DNA from: Acidimicrobiia bacterium
GTDB lineage: Bacteria; Actinomycetota; Acidimicrobiia; Spongiisociales; JAOTWH01
DNA length: 25,968 bases
Direction: 5' to 3'
Assembly: GCA_041609395.1 (NCBI GenBank)
Contig: JBFIQU010000001.1
Location: forward strand, 1-25,968
Shown in pieces: positions 16,425 to 22,631 of this stretch (the stretch's first letter is position 1; every line of letters starts with the position of its first letter). Position numbers and translations under genes: made by a program. Below the pieces are notes generated by a model. It saw only the letters and a program-made list of their open reading frames with translations. It searched no databases and had not been told where the DNA came from.

Positions 16425-18110
16425 CTACCTCTCTTTCTGGCTGGATGTGGTTCTCGATCGCGGAGCACGCGTGCTCCCGCTCTTCTTGGCCGCCGTGCCG
16501 GTCTTCCCGGCGCTCTTCGAGGTTGCGGTGCGGGAACGGGCCGGGGGCTTCGCCGTCGCGGCGCCGGTCTTCTTGGAGGTCGCGGATGCGGCCTTTGCCT
16601 TCGACGACCTTTGCCCGGACGTCTTCGTCGTTGCCGCTCGCGACTTCGTCGCCGGCCGCTTCGCCGTTCGGCGGCGAGGCGTGGCATCGGGGTCACGACC
16701 GGCCGCGGCGGCATGCAACTCGGCGAGTGCGTCCCGGATACATGCGCTGAAGCGCTCGAGATCCGGGACCAGGTCGTAGTCCGCGGCCAGGCCCCAGGCG
16801 ATAGAGCCCTCATAGCTGAACAGGGCGACCCCGATCCCGTGGTCCATCCACAGCGGGACCATCGGGTACTGGACGACGAGCTTCGATCCGAGCAGATAGA
16901 GCGGAACCTGCGGTCCCGGGACGTTGGTGACCGTCATGTTGAACGGATGCACTGCATTCCAGGCAAGACGTACACCGAGAGAGAGCAGGGTCAACGGCAT
17001 CCACGACGCCGACTGGGTGAGGACCGTGGCTCCCAGCGCCGCATCGTCGTCCTTGAGACGGGCCGTGACCTCACGGACAGCCTCGTACCGCGTGGCGGGG
17101 TCTGCCTCCCGTACCGGGAGGTCGACGAGCCACATGGCAACCTGGTTGCCTCCCGACGACTCCATCTCCTGCGACCGCACGCTTACCGGGGCCATGACCC
17201 GATACTCGAGGGCCTCGACGTCGACTCCGCGTTGCTGCATGAACGACCGCACCGCGCCCGCAACGGTGGCGAGAACGACGTCGTTCACCGTGCCGCCCAT
17301 GTGGTTCTTCACGTACTTCACCTCGTCGAGCGAGGTGACGAGCCAGTCGAACCGCCGGTGCGGGCTGAGATCCTTGTTGACCGGCGTCGCCGAGCTGCGA
17401 CGGAACCAACCCGAACGAGCCGCCTGCAGCGCCGCCTGGACCCGGTGACGTAGGTCGGCCCGGGCCTGTTCCCCGCTTCCGCCGAAGGCGTCCACGATGC
17501 GCATGGCGGCGCGCAACGGCATCGTGGCGAACTCGAACGTCTCGTCGACGATCAGCTCGACGTCGCTCGGAACCGGACGCGGCTCCCACGAGGGGGATTC
17601 TTCGATCTCCTCGACAGGCCACAGCGACAGCATCACCTTGAGGAGATCGACCCCGGCCATACCGTCGATCATGGAGTGGTGCACTTTGACGACGATCGCG
17701 AAGCGCTCGTCGGCGAGACCCTCCACCACCCACAGCTCCCACAACGGACGCGACCGATCGAGTTGCTGGGCGAAGACCCGGGCGGCGAGTTGCTTCAGCT
17801 CGGCCTCGGTGCCGGGCCGGGGAAGGCTGGTGTGGCGGACGTGATAGTCGAGGTTGAAGTGGCGATCGTCGACCCACACCGGGCTGCCGGTCAGCGGGAT
17901 CTGGGCCAACCGCTGCCGATAGCGCGGGATGTACTGCAGCTTGGAACCGACGAAGGCGCGAATGCGCTCGATGTCGATTCCGCCATCCTCACGAAGCAAC
18001 GGCCCGGCCTCGTAGATCTGGATCGCAGCGATGTGCATGTACGAGTTGGGCCGCTCGAGCGCGAGAAACGAACTGTCGAGAAATGAGAGGCGTTCGAAGG
18101 TCTTGGCCAC
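16425..18110 (-). CDS. Wax ester synthase / diacylglycerol acyltransferase (WS/DGAT) with a basic low-complexity C-terminal tail
   Basis: RLSFLDSSFL, catalytic HHSMIDG, LDRSRPLWE, GTVNDVVLA, TNVPGP. Start is GTG 18110 with GGAG 5 nt upstream. Confidence 0.93.
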   Translation of the reverse strand: MAKTFERLSFLDSSFLALERPNSYMHIAAIQIYEAGPLLREDGGIDIERIRAFVGSKLQYIPRYRQRLAQIPLTGSPVWVDDRHFNLDYHVRHTSLPRPGTEAELKQLAARVFAQQLDRSRPLWELWVVEGLADERFAIVVKVHHSMIDGMAGVDLLKVMLSLWPVEEIEESPSWEPRPVPSDVELIVDETFEFATMPLRAAMRIVDAFGGSGEQARADLRHRVQAALQAARSGWFRRSSATPVNKDLSPHRRFDWLVTSLDEVKYVKNHMGGTVNDVVLATVAGAVRSFMQQRGVDVEALEYRVMAPVSVRSQEMESSGGNQVAMWLVDLPVREADPATRYEAVREVTARLKDDDAALGATVLTQSASWMPLTLLSLGVRLAWNAVHPFNMTVTNVPGPQVPLYLLGSKLVVQYPMVPLWMDHGIGVALFSYEGSIAWGLAADYDLVPDLERFSACIRDALAELHAAAAGRDPDATPRRRTAKRPATKSRAATTKTSGQRSSKAKAASATSKKTGAATAKPPARSRTATSKSAGKTGTAAKKSGSTRAPRSRTTSSQKER

Positions 18111-18233
18111 GGGATCTCCGGATCGATTCCCCTCGAGGATACCCATTGCAGCGCACGGCAATCGAAGCCGGCCCTATCAGGGTCGTTGTTCCTCCGCTAC
18201 CGTTGGTTCGAGAAGGAGAAGGGAAAGCGGGAC

Positions 18234-18569
18234 ATGACGGACGAGCAGGTGTTGCGACCCATCGAACGACGGATCCTCGAACTGCACCGGTCCGGAGCGA
18301 CGGCCGCGGACATCGGCGAGCGTTTCAAACGCAGCCCGGAGCACATCGAACGCATCCTCCACCTCGCCCAGCTTCCGGGACGCCGCGGCCACAGCAGCGA
18401 GCGAGGCGGTCTCCGGGCCCTGGAGCGCCGCGTGCTGCGCTGGCGGGCCCAGGGTCTCGACCACAACGAGATCGGACGCCGCTTCCAGCGCAGCCCGCGC
18501 AGCATTCGTCAGGTCGAAGGTCTCGCTCTCTACAAGAAATCGCTGGCGATTCTCAGCCAGGCCAACTGA
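18234..18569 (+). CDS. Hypothetical protein made of two tandem HTH-like repeats (putative DNA-binding regulator)
   Basis: Internal duplication LRPIERRILELHRSG...IGERFKRSP / LRALERRVLRWRAQG...IGRRFQRSP. ATG 18234 follows a purine-rich RBS region (AAGGAGAAGGGAAAG). Confidence 0.8.
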   Translation: MTDEQVLRPIERRILELHRSGATAADIGERFKRSPEHIERILHLAQLPGRRGHSSERGGLRALERRVLRWRAQGLDHNEIGRRFQRSPRSIRQVEGLALYKKSLAILSQAN

Positions 18570-18614
18570 CCTGCTTCGCGCAACGGGCCGGCTGCACCTG
18601 CAGATCTCGCACCC

Positions 18615-18998
18615 ATGACCGCGCCTGACCGGCCACGCCGCGATCCGACCTTCTATCTCTCGGGGCTGGTGGCAGCGCTGTGGGTGGCGCTCGCGTGGAC
18701 GAACCCCGACACGACGTACCACGCCGCTCCTCCCCTCGTGGCCGGTGTCTTCCCTGCCGCACACCGCTGGCGGGCCGGGCCGCTTCCGCCTGCCGCCGCG
18801 CTGGCGGCCGGGTTCGGCGGATGGATCAACGTGGTGGTCGTGGGGATCGCGTTGGGTCTCGCCGACCTGCTGCGAGGGCCGTCGCTACTTCCGGCGGGGG
18901 GGCCCCTCGCCGAGGCTCTCATCCTCGGCGCCGGTGGGGCGTTGCTCGGAGCCGTCGTCGCCGTCCTGCCCAAACGGGAGCATCGAATCCCGAGGTGA
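18615..18998 (+). CDS. Hypothetical small membrane protein (about 4 TM segments)
   Basis: Hydrophobic Gly/Ala/Leu-rich segments. Starts 45 nt after the upstream gene on the same strand. Confidence 0.65.
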   Translation: MTAPDRPRRDPTFYLSGLVAALWVALAWTNPDTTYHAAPPLVAGVFPAAHRWRAGPLPPAAALAAGFGGWINVVVVGIALGLADLLRGPSLLPAGGPLAEALILGAGGALLGAVVAVLPKREHRIPR

Positions 18999-19676
18999 CG
19001 GCGGGAGGGGTGCAATGCATTCGGGAACGTTGTTGCGGACGGAGTTGACCAGCGTCGATACCGGATACTCGGCGAGATCGGAGACGGCGCCGGCCGATGT
19101 GAGCACCCGGCGAATGTCGCCCGGTTCCCGATTCGTAGGATCGAGCCACGCGTCCCACGTGTGCTCTGGAAGCATGACCGGCATTCGGTTGTGCAAGCGA
19201 GCCACCAGCTCACTCGGGTCTCCGGTGAGGATGGAGCACGTCACGAGCGGATCAGCACCCGGTTCGGCCCGCCACCGGTCCCACAAGCCGGCGAGCGCCA
19301 GAGGTTCACCGGACGCTCGGTGGATGTAATGCGGCAGCTTGCCGCGGTCGCCCCGACGCTCCCACTCGAAAAAACCGTCGGCGGGAATCAGGCAGCGCCG
19401 CTCCCGGAAAGAATCGCGGAACGCCGGCTTCTCGTGGGCAGTTTCCATACGGGCGTTGATGTGCCGGGCGGCGATGGTGCGATCCTTCGCCCACCACGGC
19501 ACGAGCCCCCAGCGCATGGTTCCGATCCGGCGCTCGTCGTCATGGATCACGACGGCATACACCGCATCGGTCGGCGCCACGTTGTAGCTCGGAGCCAGGG
19601 ACTCCGACACGGCAACGGCCCCGAAATAGCCGGCATAGTCGTCGATGTCGCCGGTAAAGGTATAGCGCCCGCACAT
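18885..19676 (-). CDS. SOS response-associated peptidase (SRAP/YedK/HMCES), abasic-site crosslinking protein
   Basis: N-terminal MCGRY (catalytic Cys2), YNVAPT, MRWGLVPWWAK, INARMET, RRCLIPADGFFEW and LHNRMPV. The true start is ATG 19676. Confidence 0.95.
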   Translation of the reverse strand: MCGRYTFTGDIDDYAGYFGAVAVSESLAPSYNVAPTDAVYAVVIHDDERRIGTMRWGLVPWWAKDRTIAARHINARMETAHEKPAFRDSFRERRCLIPADGFFEWERRGDRGKLPHYIHRASGEPLALAGLWDRWRAEPGADPLVTCSILTGDPSELVARLHNRMPVMLPEHTWDAWLDPTNREPGDIRRVLTSAGAVSDLAEYPVSTLVNSVRNNVPECIAPLPPSPRDSMLPFGQDGDDGSEQRPTGAEDESLGEGPPRRK

Positions 19677-19864
19677 ACGCCGTATTGTCCCAGAGTCGGC
19701 AACGCCACCGGCCACTCGCGGTGATGGATGCCGGGACGGACGCGGGTAAGGTCCGGCGCCCCCGGATCCCCCCTGAAACCTGCCCGACCCCGGAGGCGCC
19801 GGCCTTTGCCACCGTTCACCAGTCGACTCCCGATCTGCTTGCTTCGCTAGAGGCCAAGGGCCCG

Positions 19865-19870
19865 TATGCT
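19865..19870 (+). promoter_or_regulatory. Putative -10 TATGCT for a leaderless beta-propeller transcript
   Basis: TATGCT-CGACTC-GTG, a 6-nt spacer. Confidence 0.6.
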
Positions 19871-19876
19871 CGACTC

Positions 19877-20788
19877 GTGGACATCCTGGTCGCAACGACA
19901 GACGGCATACACCCCGTCGGCGCCGGAGACGCAGCGCGGGCTCCGCGCGGGGTCGACATGACCGCACTCGCCGTCGGATCGGACGGGTTGTGGGCGATCG
20001 GAGACAGCTCGACGATCTGGCACCATCCGATGGCGGGAGACGGTCACGTCGTGGCGCAGATCGAGGGGCGGGCCACCTGCCTGCTGCCGACCAGCGACGG
20101 CGGCGTCTGGATCGGTGCCGCCCGGGCCGCCATGTTCCGGCTCCAGCAGCACGGGGTGGAGCGGGTCGAGGCCTTCGACCGGGTTCCGGGACGGGAGGCG
20201 TGGTACACCCCGTGGGGTGGTCCCCCGGACGTCAGGTCGCTGGCACAAGGCGGCGACGGGACCCTCTACGCGAATGTCCACGTCGGCGGAGTCGTCGTAT
20301 CTCACGACGGCGGTGAGACGTGGACCGACAGCATGGACATCGACAACGATGTCCACGAGGTCACCGGCCACCCCACCAGGGACAACGAGGCATACGTTGC
20401 CGCCGCCGTCGGACTCGGTGTGACCCGCGACTCGGGCGGGACCTGGGAGTTCTTCGATACCGGCCTTCACGGTCGCTACTGCCGCGCCGTCGCCGTTGCC
20501 GGCGACACGGTGTTCGTCAGCGCGTCGCTCGGATCGAGCGGCGCCCGGGCCGCTCTCTATCGGGTTCCGGCGTCCCTCGGCGAGCCCGCCGAACAGTGTC
20601 GCAACGGCCTTCCCGAGTGGTTCTCGACGAACCTCGATACGTTCTGTGTGGCCGTGCAGGGATCGAACGTCGTGGCCGCCGATGCCGACGGCACCGTCTA
20701 CCTGTCCACGAACGAAGGTGATTCGTGGTCCGTCGTCGAGCGGGAGCTCCCCGGCCCGCGGGCCGTTCTCATCGTCGGCGACGCGTGA
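19877..20788 (+). CDS. BNR/Asp-box repeat beta-propeller protein (WD40/YVTN/sialidase-like), function unknown
   Basis: Asp-boxes SHDGGETW, TRDSGGTW and STNEGDSW. Start re-called at GTG 19877. No signal peptide. Confidence 0.8.
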   Translation: MDILVATTDGIHPVGAGDAARAPRGVDMTALAVGSDGLWAIGDSSTIWHHPMAGDGHVVAQIEGRATCLLPTSDGGVWIGAARAAMFRLQQHGVERVEAFDRVPGREAWYTPWGGPPDVRSLAQGGDGTLYANVHVGGVVVSHDGGETWTDSMDIDNDVHEVTGHPTRDNEAYVAAAVGLGVTRDSGGTWEFFDTGLHGRYCRAVAVAGDTVFVSASLGSSGARAALYRVPASLGEPAEQCRNGLPEWFSTNLDTFCVAVQGSNVVAADADGTVYLSTNEGDSWSVVERELPGPRAVLIVGDA

Positions 20789-20790
20789 GT

Positions 20791-21699
20791 TCAGTCGCCG
20801 GCTGAATTCGATTCGACCCGGATCGGGTCGTGGAAGAACGTGCGAACCGTCGGGTAAGCCAACTCGACGTCTGGTTCGAGGGCGAAGCCATCGAGAATCG
20901 AGCGCCACACGACGTCCTCGACGGCGCGTCGTTTGCGTACTTCGACGAGCAGCCGGCCGGTGAGCTGCACCCCCGAGTCCTTCACCGTGAGATAGACCCG
21001 CGGCGTCAGGTGGGTGTACATGATCCGGTACTCCGCAGCCGTCTTGCGTAACTCGGCCTGCGCCCTGATCGGATCGTGATGCGGGGCGTGCTCCTCGAGT
21101 GCCCGCTGGATGACCTCCTGGGCGCGCCGCCAGTCGGATTCGAACGTGATCAGCACCTCGATCTCGTGCCAGATGAACTCGAAGCCTTCGGTGTAGTTGG
21201 CCAGCGGCATCGTGAACACGAGACCGTTGGGAACATGCATGATGCGGCCGGTGCTCTGGTCGGCGTGGACCCAGTTCCCTACTTCGAGCATGCTGAATCG
21301 AAACGCCCGGATGTCGACGACATCTCCGATGTCGCCACCGATCTCGACGCGATCGCCCAGCCGGAAGGGGCGACGGATGAGGATGTAGAGGAACCCGGCC
21401 AGGTTCTTGAGCACATCGGCCAGGGCGATGGCGACACCCGCCGAAAGAAGACCGAGGTAGGTGCCGTACCCGCCTCCTTCGAGCCAGAGGCGTCCCAGGA
21501 TGAGGCCGCCGATCACGAAGACCGTGTAGCTCATGATCTTGCGAATCCGGTACCAGTGGGATTCGTCGGCGATGCGGCTCTGAGCGACGCGAACCACGGC
21601 GAGTCGCACCAACGTGAGTCCGACGAGAAGTAGGCCGGTGATCACCCACTTGGCGGCCACCGTCGATAGGTCGAAGGTCGTCTTCAGCCACTCGAGCAC
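20791..21699 (-). CDS. mscS: Small-conductance mechanosensitive channel (MscS family)
   Basis: Three N-terminal TM segments, GLLSAGVAIAL.D...N.AG, RPFRLGDRVEIG...GDVVDI, STGRIMHVPN. Confidence 0.9.
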   Translation of the reverse strand: MLEWLKTTFDLSTVAAKWVITGLLLVGLTLVRLAVVRVAQSRIADESHWYRIRKIMSYTVFVIGGLILGRLWLEGGGYGTYLGLLSAGVAIALADVLKNLAGFLYILIRRPFRLGDRVEIGGDIGDVVDIRAFRFSMLEVGNWVHADQSTGRIMHVPNGLVFTMPLANYTEGFEFIWHEIEVLITFESDWRRAQEVIQRALEEHAPHHDPIRAQAELRKTAAEYRIMYTHLTPRVYLTVKDSGVQLTGRLLVEVRKRRAVEDVVWRSILDGFALEPDVELAYPTVRTFFHDPIRVESNSAGD

Positions 21700-21705
21700 G
21701 ACGGC

Positions 21706-21711
21706 AGCGTA
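21706..21711 (-). promoter_or_regulatory. Putative -10 TACGCT for a leaderless mscS transcript
   Basis: TACGCT-GCCGTC-GTG, a 6-nt spacer. Confidence 0.55.
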
Positions 21712-21787
21712 CGTCGCCGCCGGGCAGAATCCGCGGAAATCGACTCCTTCGCATCTGGTACGTTCGCCGTCTCACGAGGAGGTGCAG

Positions 21788-22594
21788 GTGCCAACCGTCG
21801 AACTCGAGGTCACCGATCACATCGCGGCGGTGACGATCAACCGTCCGCAGCAGCGGAACGCGCTGAGTCCCGAGGTCCTGATCCTGCTCGCCGACATCTG
21901 GGACCGTGTCGCCTCCGATGCGGACATTCGAGTCGCGATGATCACCGGCGCCGGCGAGACCGCCTTCTGTGCCGGAGCCGATCTCGGATTACTCATCCCG
22001 CTCATCACCGGGGATCGCGAGCCGGTCGACGACTTCGACCGCGCCTACCTCGCCGATCCCGGAGTCGGGCAGAAGGCGTTGCTGCGTACGTTCGACCCCG
22101 GGAAACCGGTCATCGCCGCCGTCAACGGCACGGCCATCGCGGGCGGCCTCGAGCTGATGCTCGCGTGTGACCTGCGCGTCGCCGCCGACGGGGCTCGCCT
22201 GGGCCTGCAGGAGGCGAAGTGGGGTCTGTTTCCTCTCGGTGGTGCGACCGCTCGCCTTCCGCGTGAGATCCCGTTCGCACCCGCGATGGAGCTCCTCCTG
22301 ACCGGCAACCTGATCGATGCCGGTCGGGCCCATGCGCTTGGACTCGTCAACCACGTCGTACCGCAATGGGAGGTGGTGTCGTACGCCCGCCACCTCGCCG
22401 GGGTGATAGCAGCGAACGGCCCGGTGGCAGTGCAGGCGATCCGGGCGTCGGCACGCGCAGGATTGGGACGCCCCACCGCAGAGGCACTCGACCTCGAGCT
22501 CGAGATCGGCATGCCGATCTTTGCGACCGACGACGCCCGCGAGGGGCCACGCGCCTTCATGGAGAAGCGGAAGCCCCATTTCGAAGGCCGGTAG
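21788..22594 (+). CDS. Enoyl-CoA hydratase / crotonase family protein
   Basis: INRPQQRNALS, FCAGADL, AAVNGTAIAGGLEL, and both catalytic Glu positions (GLEL, LQEAKWG). GTG 21788 follows RBS GAGGAGG. Confidence 0.92.
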   Translation: MPTVELEVTDHIAAVTINRPQQRNALSPEVLILLADIWDRVASDADIRVAMITGAGETAFCAGADLGLLIPLITGDREPVDDFDRAYLADPGVGQKALLRTFDPGKPVIAAVNGTAIAGGLELMLACDLRVAADGARLGLQEAKWGLFPLGGATARLPREIPFAPAMELLLTGNLIDAGRAHALGLVNHVVPQWEVVSYARHLAGVIAANGPVAVQAIRASARAGLGRPTAEALDLELEIGMPIFATDDAREGPRAFMEKRKPHFEGR

Positions 22595-22631
22595 CCCGCA
22601 AGCATCCGCCCACCGGCTCCTCGACCCGGCC

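Noticed and set aside
19748-19806. SRP (4.5S) RNA, tRNA or SECIS identity for the long hairpin
   Set aside because: It lacks the SRP domain IV GGAA tetraloop and AGCAG motif, has no cloverleaf, and has no nearby in-frame TGA. It is kept only as an unclassified sRNA candidate.
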